A stretch of 64,000 bases of DNA, taken from contig JAWQFM010000012.1 of assembly GCA_033442325.1 (NCBI GenBank), positions 1,473,793-1,537,792 on the forward strand, given 5' to 3'. The number at the start of each line of letters is the position of its first letter. Position 1 is the first letter of the stretch. The stretch comes from Salpingoeca rosetta (lineage: Eukaryota > Protista > Choanoflagellata). The position numbers and the translations under genes were made by a program. Positions 14,149 to 28,000 of the stretch are shown here, piece after piece. The notes beneath the pieces are model-generated. The model saw only the letters and a program-made list of their open reading frames with translations, ran no database searches and had not been told where the DNA came from.

Positions 14149-15332
14149 CACGCGCGCGCGCGCACGCACACACACACACACGGCGCGCACGAATTTCTAC
14201 GCACCCAGCATGATGCAGGGTCCTTCGCGAAGACAGCCGCAGAAGCAGACCATGCACTCATCGTCTGCATCCTGCTGAATGAGACCAGCAGCCTTTGCGC
14301 ACTGCAGACATGGTGGACACGTGGGCTCGTCCCGCAGTCCCTGGCATGCGTGCCCACACGGCAGGGTGCGCTGGCAGACGTTCGCCAACGCCTCAACGCA
14401 CTCTGCAGATGCGCAGACCACGCGGTCAGCGCTCTTCCCCTCTGCTCCGTCCACGGGCGCGAGACAGAAGCGGCACTGGCGTGCCGTCCCGTCCACGAAC
14501 TTCTTCGTCGGCCGGAACTCAACGATGCTGCGAAGGTTCACGGGATCAACTGGGAAGCAAAGACAGCAAGCAACAACCCGGCAGAGTTTGTGAGTCCTCG
14601 GTTTGGATGGGCGAGCGTGCCATACAGGTCAAGGTGGCGAATGCACAGTCCACATGCTGGCAGTGCACGCAATGCTGCGGGCGTGTGCGCACTGCAGTGA
14701 TGAGCGGCACAAAGTATGGCCCAAGGAGCGTACGGTGGCCTTGGCCCATGAATTGTTGCTGCCTCACCGAGAATAAGGAAGGATGGCTGCTTGATGCGCG
14801 TGTATCCGTCGTTCCACTCCACAGACAGCGTCTCAATCTGGTCAATGTCCTTGCGCTCGTGGTTCCGCTGCGCACGAGGGAGACACCCATCAGCACGTGA
14901 GCAAATGCGTCGTGGGCGGAAAGGCGAAACCCGACAAGTGCAGGCAGGCGAGCGGTTTCCTGAAACACAAACAAACAAACCAACAAAACCAACAAAACCA
15001 ACAAACAAAACCAAACCAACAAACAAACAAAACCAACAAACAAACAAAACCAACAAACAAATAAACTAAGTAAACCAAACAAACCAAACAATTCACACAC
15101 ACACACACACCTTTGACGGGTGCAAGTGCGCAAATTTGTCGCAATAAGTGCAGTAGTGGGCGTGGCAGGTGTGGCAAAACACAGCTGCAGCCGTGACACC
15201 GTCGTCGTGATGTTGACACAAAAACGTATTGCCCTATTTGTTGGCCGCGTGTGGAATCAGCGGACCCATGAGTGAGTGTCAGCGTACTCATGAGTGAGTC
15301 GGGAACATCAATGGGCAAACACTTGCACAACG

Positions 15333-15363
<31 letters not shown>

Positions 15364-16283
15364 GTACACATGCACATACACATATACACGCACACATACA
15401 CATATACACGCACGTACACATACACATATACACGCACGTACACAACACTCCATCCCCCTTGCCTCTCCTCCAAGCAACCAACCTCTAGCTGGCGAATGGT
15501 CTTGTTGATGCCACCAACGGTGGTCTTGGTGAGGACGGCGAGGGCGGCAGCTGCAAGCCACGTGGAGTAGTCGCCAAAGAGCCCAAACATCGACTCCACC
15601 TCGCCCTCCACCGTCCGTGCCCGATGGTTCAGATCAAGCAGCAGCGAAGCCAGCTCATCCTACGCCACGTGTGCGTGTGTGGCGGGGGAGGGGGGATGTG
15701 CGAGTTTGTGGCATGTCAGAAACCAAAGGGAAACGTGTTATTGGTACTACCCAGAAGCCTTGTACTGACACGCACACACATACACACACGCATGCACACA
15801 CACTCACGCTTACATACGAACCTTGACTTCCTTCTGCCAGGCGGAGGTGCGAAGGAGGAACGAGACGAGGCCAACAATGTCTTTGAAGGCGCCCGCACAG
15901 TCCCCGGCCACCTGCCACGACGACACCTGCTGCTTGATGCGCCGCGCCGCCTCCACCAAGTGCGTGTCCGCGTCTGCGTTATCGGTGGTTTTCGCGGTTG
16001 CTGCTGTCGGATCAATAGACGCCTGCCGCGAGAGGCCGAGCGACGCTGTCTGTGACGGCAAACAGTGCTCCTCCACACCACACAGCTGCTTCAACGACAG
16101 CTGTTGCGTCGTGCTCGTCAGCCCACCGCCCTCCTCAGACAACCGGAAGCGCAGCTAAAACGGGAGATGTGCATGCATGCGCATGCCTGTGTGTGAGTAA
16201 CAACACAAAACGTAAACAAGCAAGGGGGATGTCAAGCCACACACCAAAGCATCGGCGGCCCACCAAATAAACAAAATTAAGCG

Positions 16284-16381
<98 letters not shown>

Positions 16382-19300
16382 CACAACGCACGTCGCAAGT
16401 ACACGCGCAACACCACCCGCACCTGGACTTGGATGATCTTGGCAACAGCGGCGAGAAGCATGCGCACGTGGGAGACGGCGATTGCGGTGCCAGCAAAGGA
16501 CACCACGTCCACCTTGGGCAGCGACGGGTATTTTTGGCGTGGCGCAATCACCCGCAGCAGGTTGACTGCGGCAGACTGCACGCGTGTCGATGCGCAATGC
16601 ACGAGCTGGTAGAGGAGTTTCAGCACGGCCATGGAGGGCACGGCAGAGGCGCTGCGAGACAGCGCGTCCCTGAGAAGATCCAGCAGCTCAAGCACGTATT
16701 CCTCGCGGCTCTCAAGCTCCAACGCTTCCTCCTGCTGCGTGTCCGTGTCGCTGCCACTGTGCTCGGCCGGTGAGCTGCAGCACGCCTCCACCACCGCCGC
16801 CGTCTCAACCTTCAGCCCGCGCACAATGTGCTTGAGCATCTGCGTCTGCAGCGGGCCCGTGTTGAGCGCCGTGTCTCGGTTCAGCAAGCCCAGCAGCTCC
16901 TCGTCCCCCGCGCCCCCGCGCCCAATCAGCGTCTGGGCGTCGGACTTGAGCAAGCCCGCGCTCAGAAGCTTGAACAGCACTAGCGCATCGCAGTGGATCG
17001 GGTGGCCCATAGTCGCTTCGTTGCTCAGCGCGCGCGACCCAGCGCCGCAGCACACGCGTACCTGGCGCACCCGCACCTCCGACCGGCTCTTCAGCACCAG
17101 CTTCAGCTCCACAACAGCGTCGAGCTTCCCCGACGACTGCGCAGGGCACTCGAGCATCAGCCACATGGGCCGCTTGCTTGCGGACGGCACCGGCACAGAC
17201 ACGGGCTTGTCCATGCCAGAGGACGTCAGGTCCTGCAGCTCAATTGCAGTCGGAATGCGGTCACGAGGGTCGCGCGTGGGGTCCACGTGCACATACACGG
17301 CTTTGGGCGGGCCAACGTTTGGGCCAACCTTCTCCCGCAGGACGGCCGGGTCGAGCGTAAGCTTGATCCAGTTGACCGAGAATCCGCCCTGCGCCTGCCA
17401 CATCGTGTCCGTTCGCCCGTCAACCAGCGACCCAGCCATGTCCGGCTGGCTGCTCACGGAGACCTTGGCGTGCGGGGTCACATCGATCTCGTCCTCGCCA
17501 AAGATGGCCCCATCGGCGTCTTCCTCTGCTTCCGCCTCAGTGTTGACATCGCCGGCGTTGGCGTGTGAAACGGAGACGCTCGTCCTTGCCGTGGCGTTCG
17601 TGCTTGTTGCGGTTGTTGTCGCTTTGCTGCTGTCACCGCCACTGTCACCACCGTCACCACCGTCACCACCATCACCACGACTACCATCCGGCCCCTTGCC
17701 CTTCGCTGTTGTCTCGTCTTCCTCCACTTCGTCCTCCTTTAATTCTTCCACCTTGCCCTCCTGGCCTTCCTCTCCCCTCACATGTGCTTCATCTTCGTTT
17801 TCCTTCTTGTCAGCTGTCACCTCTGCCAGCGGCTCGTCGTTCCCTCCCGCCGTCTCCGCGCCCCCTTGCTTGCCTGCGCCACCGCCAACATCAGCAACTG
17901 CACTGGACGTGCGTGTGCGCGAGATTGTGGTTGTCCCGCGCCGCGGCGACGGTGCAGCAGATGGCGACGACCGCTCCTCCATCAGCAGCAGTTTGCTCAG
18001 CCACGACAGCACGTGTGTCCCCTGCAGCAGCTGCGGCTCGCCCTCCGCCACGCGCGGCAGCGCCCAGCACCGGATGGCCAGCCGCTGCAACGGGTGCGCT
18101 GGCGGGAGGCTTGTGCCCATGTGCGCCACCATGCTCAGGAACTGGATCAGGGCCGTCCGACTCGCGCGCAGCTCAAGGCCGTGCCCGAGATCAAGCGTGT
18201 GGATGGCGTTCACAGACTCCTCAAGCAAGTTCAGCTTTCGGCGCTTGGCGGTGACCCCGGCCTGGCTGTCCTCAGTGCCACGACCATCGGCGTTCTTGGG
18301 CTTGTCGCCTTCACCATCATCATCATCATCACCACCACCACCATCGCCTTGCTTCTTGCCCTTCTTGTCCCTGTTGCCCTGGTGCTGCTTGTTGTCCTTG
18401 TCCTCGCCATCCTTTCCGTCCTGCTGCTTGCGCGCATCGGCCTTGTTGGCCTGGTCTCCCTTGCTGCTGCCACTGCCCTTTTCCTCCTCGCCCACACCAC
18501 CGTCTTCTGCTGCCGGGGTTTCCGCATCGTCCTCATCGTAGTACGTTGTTGCCGTCGATCGCGTCGCAAACAGGCTCGAAAACGCTGACAGCACCGACGC
18601 CAGCACGTCCACCCGCGTGGTGGTGCGCGCCAGAAAGTTGAGCACGCCAATGCTTGTCCAGGGCGACATTGCTGCGTCCTCCGTGTCACCAAACGCGCGC
18701 TGCCAGTCCTCGGTGCTCGCGCCCTCCCGCACGCGCGCCACCAGCACCTGCACCTCCTCAAAGAACTCAAGCATGTCCTTGACGCTGCGGGCAATCCCCA
18801 GGGCGCTGCCTGCGGGGGCCCCCGTTGCCGCTGTCGCAGGCACGGGCGTCTCGACGGAGGAGAAGCGGCGCAGGCCCGCGCGACGCGGCGATGGCGGGGC
18901 ATCTGATGACGAGGGCGTCCGCAGCAGCCCAACAGAGGATGACAGCTGCCTGCTCGGCGACGTGCTGACGCCCGCGCCCATCAGCTCCAGCGCGGAGAAA
19001 GGCTCTGCCTCCAGCGGGTGCTGCAGGGCGGAGAGGCTGTGGCTGGCGAGCGCGGGCTCAAAACGCAACAGCTCCGACGTGACGCTTGCCAGCCGCGAGA
19101 GCTCCTCGGCAGACTTCTGCCCAATGCGTGACAGCTGCACGTGCCCGAGCACAAACGCGGCGTCCTCGACCAGGCGGTGCAGGGCCGGCGTGGCCTCGGA
19201 GGCCGTGGTAGCATACCGGCGCACAAGCTCGCGTGGGACAAGGCAGGTGAAGGAGGACAGCTCCAGGCCAATCCTGATCTGCAAGGACACGAGGTCCTGT

Positions 19301-20336
19301 GGTGGAGCATCAGAGGGAACCATCCACGGCAGGAGCGGCGACTGCTGCGTCAGGGCAAGGTACTCTGGCCAGCCAAACGAACCCAGTCTTGGGAAGTTGA
19401 CAAACGACACGCTGCGCCCTGCAGTGAGTGGGAAAGGTGGTGGCGGGCGAATGAAAGCGACGCAGTGAGTGTGTTGTGCGCAGTAGCATGTACGTGTGCA
19501 TGTTTGAGTGCACGTGCGCGCGTGTGTGTGTGTGTTGTCGAATATGTGTGTGGTGAACATGTGTACGTGCGTGCTAAACTATGTGTGTGTTTGTGTGTTG
19601 TGTTGAACAGTGTCAGGCATTCACGGTGTCAGTGCGTGCATGCGTACCATGAGCGGCCGCGGTGCCGACGGGGAAGACGCGAAGCGGCGCCAAGGAGTCC
19701 AGGGTGACAAGCTGGTTCTCCGTGTTGACAACGGGAACATCAACGTACACCGCCGTGCTGTCCTGGTCTTCGCTGGCGAGGCGCCCAGGAACAATCACCG
19801 ATGCATCACAGGTTGGATCATACCGCATCACGCCATCCTTCGCCGTGACATGTGCAAGATGAACCTCAACCACAAGCCCGTGCAGACTGGACGGCGCTTG
19901 CGCATGCGCCAGCAGACGCGCTATTATGCGTGCCACGTGGAAGGAGAAAAGGCAGGGTGAAACACACGCAGGATATGGGTTTGGGACAATCGAGTATGTG
20001 TGCGCGTGTTCGTGTGTTCGTGTGTTTGTGTGTTCGTGTTCAGCAAGAATCACGACACAGCCGCGTGAAAAGGCACGCACAGGCATTCAAGCACAGGTAC
20101 ACAGACATTCAAGCATTCACACACAGACAAGACATACACACGCGCCCGCACACACGATACCTTGCATGGTGTGGGAGAAAAGGTTGACCAGGCACGCCGT
20201 GTTGCATTCTGCGGAGGCACTGAGGACTTCGGATTCATCGTACATGCGCGCATACATCTTCTGCTTCGCGTACACGGGCACATCCCTCAATGGCAGGAAC
20301 TTGCTCGCTTCCAACACATCCTCCGCCTGCCGCCGG

Positions 20337-20401
<65 letters not shown>

Positions 20402-22224
20402 CGGAAGACCGAGCACGTGCTGTTGGACGGATGCAACACGATGTCTTTGAACTGATGCGCATGCTGATGATAATCCTGCACCAGTACGTGAAGAAGGGGG
20501 GATACATGATCATTCATGCGCGCGCTGAGCTCACGGGGATGGTGGTCACACACACACTTTCACGGACACCTGCTCTACTGCCTCATGTGATTACCGCACC
20601 TGCTGTAACTGATATGTAGCTCGGGTGCTCCTGACGCTGCGTGGGGNNNNNNNNNNNNNNNNNNNNNNNNNNNNNNNNNNNNNNNNNNNNNNNNNNNNNN
20701 NNNNNNNNNNNNNNNNNNNNNNNNNNNNNNNNNNNNNNNNNNNNNNNNNNNNNNNNNNNNNNNNNNNNNNNNNNNNNNNNNNNNNNNNNNNNNNNNNNNN
20801 NNNNNNNNNNNNNNNNNNNNNNNNNNNNNNNNNNNNNNNNNNNNNNNNNNNNNNNNNNNNNNNNNNNNNNNNNNNNNNNNNNNNNNNNNNNNNNNNNNNN
20901 NNNNNNNNNNNNNNNNNNNNNNNNNNNNNNNNNNNNNNNNNNNNNNNNNNNNNNNNNNNNNNNNNNNNNNNNNNNNNNNNNNNNNNNNNNNNNNNNNNNN
21001 NNNNNNNNNNNNNNNNNNNNNNNNNNNNNNNNNNNNNNNNNNNNNNNNNNNNNNNNNNNNNNNNNNNNNNNNNNNNNNNNNNNNNNNNNNNNNNNNNNNN
21101 NNNNNNNNNNNNNNNNNNNNNNNNNNNNNNNNNNNNNNNNNNNNNNNNNNNNNNNNNNNNNNNNNNNNNNNNNNNNNNNNNNNNNNNNNNNNNNNNNNNN
21201 NNNNNNNNNNNNNNNNNNNNNNNNNNNNNNNNNNNNNNNNNNNNNNNNNNNNNNNNNNNNNNNNNNNNNNNNNNNNNNNNNNNNNNNNNNNNNNNNNNNN
21301 NNNNNNNNNNNNNNNNNNNNNNNNNNNNNNNNNNNNNNNNNNNNNNNNNNNNNNNNNNNNNNNNNNNNNNNNNNNNNNNNNNNNNNNNNNNNNNNNCACA
21401 CACACACGACACACACACACACACAAGAGAGAGAGAGAGACAACCCCCGCAAGCGCAAACACATGCTCACACGTCCACACACACACACGTCCAAACACAC
21501 ACACACACACACACACACTGACCAGGCACGCCGTAGCTCCACGCGAGCGTTGCGATGCGCACGTGGTCTGTGATCGCAAAGGCGTCGCTGGTCGAGCCAT
21601 CCTCAGCATTGTCAGCAGCATTGCTGTCATGGATGCCAGCGCCGCTGCCGTTGTCGTCGTCAAGACAGACACACGGCTGGGAGCCCGGCGCCACCTGCAG
21701 CGTTTTCGTTGGGCCATTCCGCTCCGCCACCGTGAGCACGCCACTGCTGCAGTCGAGGACAAACATAAACGACCGCGGTGTGCGCTCTGTCGGCGGCCAC
21801 GGCATGAGCGTGGCCTTGCCGTACTGCAGCACATCTGCCTTGCAGTCGATAAACACGCCAAGCGGCTTTTTCAGGGCGGCTTGCGTCGGCGTCTGCACAC
21901 CGAGCGCACACACACGATGCGACAGCACTTGCAGCTCCCACGTCAGCTGCCAACACACCGTGACAAATGGGCCAGAGCAGGCGAGGGTGAGGATGAGCGC
22001 TGTTGCGGTGCACCTGGTGTCAGTCAGAGCACACGCACAAACGAATACACGACAACCACAACAAACCACGCCACAAGAATGCCACACACCACACCAGCAC
22101 ACAGAGCATCACAGCACAACGCCCCGCACCAGGCCGCGATCAAATGTGGTGTCAAGGGCAAACACGCCCGGACGAAGCTTGGTGAAGGCCATGTTGGCAA
22201 TGGGAACAAGCTCTGAAGGGCCAT

Positions 22225-22266
<42 letters not shown>

Positions 22267-23580
22267 TGAGAAGAAGGAGCAACAGTAGCAGTAGCAGAAA
22301 TGGGCACAAGTAAGCGACAAGCGACAAGCGACAAGCGGCGAGTGGCGTCTAACGGTGCCAGGTGAAAACAGGTGAGAGTGACGAAAACAGAATCTGCACT
22401 CACTTTCGACAAGTCCCGTGTTGACCTTGCGCTGCATGGCAAATGCGCCGCTGAGAGAGCTCGTGGTCAAGCACTTGGGGCACAGCATGTACCGCGCACC
22501 AAACGGAATCTGGCCACACACACACACACACACACACATATGCAGGGACGAGATTTGGAGAGGGGGAGCGATGGGAAGGGGGAGCGAGAAGCATGAACGC
22601 AAGCGGGCAAGTGCGCGGGCGAATAGTTCGGTGGAATCCATGCATGGGACGCAGTGCTTGAGCATCGAGAACAACATTGAGGTCATAGAAGCATGGTCAA
22701 GAAGGAACCAAGTCCCTGAGCAACGCACACACACACACACACACATGGACGACAGGAGAGCCTGCGAACAGTCACACGCACCACGTGCCTCCATCACACA
22801 CCTGCTGGCCGTACTCGCAGGTGACGTCTGCGTACCCGCGCGTCATCACCATGGCCGCCTTGCAGAAGGGGCAGGGTGCCGAGCGCGGGTATGCTGGGTC
22901 GTGCTCCAGCCGCACCTCGCTCGTGCCAGTCATCTTCACGCGCTGCGTTCGCCCATACACATCCACAAACGCATACAGGTCCTGCTCAATGTCCACTGCA
23001 CACACAACCACGCACATTTATGGAGGAAGCAAGGTGCAGAAGAGATTTTTCAGTATGTATGTGTGTGTGTGTGTGCCAACACTGGTTGCGTTTTTGATTG
23101 CATGTGCACGCGTACCTTTAGCTGGAAGTGGGATCTTTGCTGGGTCCTTCTGGGATGGGCCCTGGATAAACAGCTCGCCTTCCTTGTTGGCCCACATTTT
23201 GATCTGACCAAAACCGAAACACAACACAGTTGGGCAGATGGAAAGGGCCAGTGTCATGACATGTAACACCAGTGCAAAGTGCCGGTACGAAATCACACAT
23301 GAGCGCAACCATACACACACCACACCACACCTACCTTCTCCCCGGCAGTGACGGTGTTGAGGTGGAGGAAGTTTGACTCCTTGCTGACAGTGCCGAGGTT
23401 GTTGTTGCCTTTGTACGCCTCGGAGTTGGCGACATACACCAGCGAATTCTCATTGATCTGGGAACCAATGTGAGGTCGTGTGTGCGTCGGTGTGGGGATA
23501 TGTGGGTGAGAATTTGAAAGCAACGTCCCAAACACACAGACACGATAGCATGCGCAAGCAATACTGGCTTGTCCGCATTT

Positions 23581-23626
<46 letters not shown>

Positions 23627-24964
23627 TTCCACACACACATGCACATGCACACACTTGTACACCCCCCACCATCCCGCGTTCTCAATCCAGCGCACCAGAA
23701 TAGCGGATGACGGAATGGACTTGAAGAGGCGCTGCAGTGGCGGTTTCTCATACTCATCCTCCATCTTCGGCATCACAACAAACCCCATCGCCATCCCTCC
23801 AGCCCTTTAGGTAGCGGTGCAACGCAAGAATGAGCAAACACAGGCGAAGGTGCGCAGGGGGTGGCGTGAGCTATCCGCGTTCTGATCATGTGCACAAGCG
23901 AAACGAGTGTTTTGTTTCACTTGTTGTGTGTGCATGATCTCCACAGCCGGGACGAAAGAAATGACTCAAAAAACCAAAAAAAAAAAAAAAAAAAAACCAT
24001 CGCCACATGTCAGGCACGATTCGCTTGGCATTCGTACGTACTTTGCGGCGTCGCTCTCCATCACCTCGACTGCAAACTCCTTCCGTTCGTCCTTGAGGGC
24101 AATGGGAAACAGCGAGAAGCAGCAGGCGCGGTTGTGTCCCTCCGGCCGCTCTGCAATCTGACCGGGCACGCGCCCGGCTTTCGTCGCCGCCGCACGGTCC
24201 TCGATCCTGACACGCACGCACGCACACACACGCGTCGCAGCAAGAAGAGCACCACACTTCAGTTCAACGCACGCGCACATGAAACTAACACACACGCATC
24301 ACAGCAAGAAGAGCACCACACTTCAGTTCAACGCACGCGCACATGAAACTAACACGCACACATCACATCACAGCACAGCACACATCACATCACAGCACAG
24401 ACACATACGCATACACATCACATCACATCACGCACACACACATCACAGCACACACACATACGCGTACACATTACATCACATCACACACACATCACATCAC
24501 ACACACACATCACAGCACACACAGGCCAATGCCAACGCACTTGACAGCCTGTCCATGGAACGTCGGGTTGAAAGTGAGGGCAACCTGTGCCACTTGGGCC
24601 TCATCTTTGTCCGAAGTGACATCACCCAGCACCCGCTTGCACAGCTTGATCGTCACATCCGCCAGCTGCACGTGAAGAGCAAGCAGTGAAAAGAAAAATG
24701 GAACAGCAATCGCACAAACGGTCAGTGTTGGCACTTCAATCCCAAGGCAAACACACACCACAAACACGCATGCAACTGTGTCCGAGCATGACATGTAACA
24801 CGCACTCACACACAACAAACATACACGCACACACACGTACACACACACGCACACACACGCACACAACAAACATACACGCACAACCGCACACACACGCACA
24901 CGCACACGCACACACACTCACACACACACACACACACAACAAACATGCACGCACAACCGCACAC

Positions 24965-25012
<48 letters not shown>

Positions 25013-28000
25013 CTCGCCTGTGTTTCGATGGTGTCGCGCGTTGGCGAGTCGACAGTCTTGTCGAGAGCAGTGATGGGAAACGCCACAACCTGGCACCGGT
25101 ACCCAAATGCGGCGCTGTCGTCCTCGGCACTGCCGCCCTCCCGCGTCGTCGTCTCCAGGCGAAACGTCACGCGCGTCGCAGGTGTTACCTGGAAGGCCTC
25201 GGGGAACGTGTCGCTTCCCGTCACCGTCACCGTCTGCACATGGACCACCCGCAGCAAAGGCAGCACGAACATGGGAGGCATGAGCAGTGAGAAGACGCTG
25301 GTCTTAAAGCGACATGGCCTGACAACACCGAGCAACAGCAGTTCATTACAACCGCATGCCACTGGTTGTTGTACCTTGTCTCCCGCTTCTGTCTCTGCAA
25401 CGATGCTCAGGCGGTCCTCTGGTGATGCAAGCGAACAGCTGCTGTGGAACCCAATTGCCACCATGCACGGCTATGTGTGTGTGTGTGTGTGTGTGCGTGC
25501 GTGCGTGTGTGCGCGTGACAGCGGTGAGCGTGGTGAGATATGATGTGAGATGCATCTCGAAGTAAACATCGTAAAGAGGCATGAGGTGCAGCGCCCATCC
25601 CAAGCCAAGCCAAGCCCCCACCCGCCGTGTGTGCTTTGTGTTTCGTGTTTGTTCCCCACCTTCTTGAACGACACGTGCTTGACTTCGACCAGTCCGTGTG
25701 TGTACGGGTGGGCGCTCTCGACTGTGCACACGTGTCCAAACGCTTCGGACCCGTACACATCTGCAAGCAACCAGCGAGGCGAGGTGTCAAGGGCGCGCTG
25801 TTGCACTACATCACACTGCTTCCATCACCACACGAACACACACGCACAACCACAACAAAGCGCGTACGCACACCAAACGCGCAAGGCACGTGTTCATGCA
25901 CTCACGCATCCACGCACACATGCATGCATATGCAGTTGCAAAACGCCTGCGTAACACGAACCTGCTTGCTGGGATGGGGAGGGCTGTTGTGCGAGGGCGT
26001 CGCGGTTGGTGCCGGCAACAACGGTGTAGATGCCGATGAGGGACCTGAGCAATCGCTCAATGGGGGCCTTGCTCGAACTGCCGAGGTTGTTCACCCACTT
26101 GGAGCACACGCGCAGCAGCGACGACAACGATGACAGCAGCTCCATCTCGTTTGCAGCGTTGCCGCCCGCCTTGATGGCGGTCAGCTGACAACGATGAAGT
26201 TTGATGGTGGTGGGGGTGATTTGAACACAAGAATAAAAACACCCAAGCACATGAGCAGCACATGAGCAGCACGCGCCATCAGCGATGTAGCATGCGAGAG
26301 TAGCAGCCCACCACCAGCACGCAGAGCACCAGCACAGACTGGGCACACACACACGCACGCACACGCATGCACGCACGATACACACAGAGTTACGCGCTCA
26401 ACGTGCAAGAAGCAAGATCGCCGCCATGCACAATGGGTCGGCACCTCATCAAGGAGCAAGTCAAGAAGCTCTGTCAGGAAGACGGCGGCACCCTTCTTGT
26501 CCGCATGGTCACCGGTCCACTGCACCATTGCCTGCAGGCACGAACGAATTAGCAGGAAAAACTGTGTCCGAGCAGACGCGCCTGTCATTCACACAGCAAA
26601 CAGCAATGATATCGGGTGTGCAGGTGAGCCATCGCTTTGGTATGAACATGGGCACAAGCCACTCTTGTAGTGACAACAAACACACACTCTCTCCCAAACA
26701 AACCACTCGCAGCAGAATCAAACCCTTCATGGGCGCCTCTTGCACACCGACAACCACAAGCACACAACCACACCACAGATACACACAACCACGCCAACAT
26801 AGCCAGGCCAACATAGCCACGCCAACAGATACACACGACCACCGCCACCACGGCCTGGACCTGTCTTCTTGGTAAAGTCAAAAAAGCTCTGGAAGAGGCA
26901 GACAAGCTTGTCTGCGTCGTCGACGGTGCCGAGCGTGGAGATGCCGAGGACAGAAAACAGGTCCTCGGATGACACGTGCTCCCAGCAGCGGTTGAGGGTG
27001 AAGGCAACCACCTCCGCCTGTGCCACGTCTGCGAGCGTGAACGATTCTCGCGCGTCCAGGCGGGCAAACTGCTCCAGCGCACGCTTCAGCAGGGAGTTGC
27101 GGTCGGTGAGAATGACAACAATGTCCATGAGCTGATGGAAGGCGCGCTGCCACTGCTGCAGGTCCGCCCCCTGTGCAGACACCTTGAGCTCGGCAACCTG
27201 CATGAGGCAGCGGCTCAGCAGGCCGGGCAAGTCCGGGTGCAACGCGCCCTGGCGAACAGGCTGCTCCTCTCTGCTCAGCAGCGAGATGTTCACCGCAATG
27301 GCCGCCAGCTGCGTTTGGGCGATGATTGCGTTTGTCATGTGCCCCTGCGGTGTCGTGTCTGTGCTGGAGCCTGCTGCAGCTGCAGCGAGGTGGGTGCGCA
27401 GGGCGGTGGCAGCATCGTACGCGCCAGCGACCGCAGATGACGTGCAGAACAGGCTGAATTCCAGTGGAAGCAGCGCATGCTCAAGCTGGTAGGCCGTTGC
27501 AGTGGTGATTGCAGATGAAATGGGGCGGGGGGGGGGACAGGCAAGGCGGAGGGTTGCGTTCGTGTGAGACAATGAAACCGCCGGCAATCACATGTGTGCA
27601 TGTGAAAGCACGTGTGTGCATGTGAAAGCACGTGTGTGCATGTGAAAGCACGTGTACTCATACAACACGCTCCACCATGTACATGTACATTCATATCCAC
27701 ACCCACACGCACATGCAAGCACATGCTTAGTCCCACACGCTCACCGGCGAGAGTTCTGTGATGTCGATTCGAAGGAGGCCGCAGACGAAGCGGCTGGTGC
27801 TCTCCAGCCGAGCGACAACAGCTGGCAGCACCGTTTCGCAGTCAAAGGCGCTCTGGCACGGGCTATGGCCCTTGCGTCGGATGGTCACCGTGCACGGCGT
27901 GTTGGGCGCCAGTAGATGACGCCTGCGCGGCGTGTCGCCAAAGGAATTGCTGCTCACCTCAGCATCTTTGAGCGCGAACCTCACCAGGCACGCTGCAGTG

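Noticed and set aside
16631-18541. 636-aa plus-strand ORF and similar antisense ORFs (e.g. 5409-6824 -, 58325-59545 +)
   Set aside because: Shadow ORFs opposite GC-rich real exons, with no recognisable domains.
20575-21861. Long ORFs containing X runs
   Set aside because: They read through assembly gaps.
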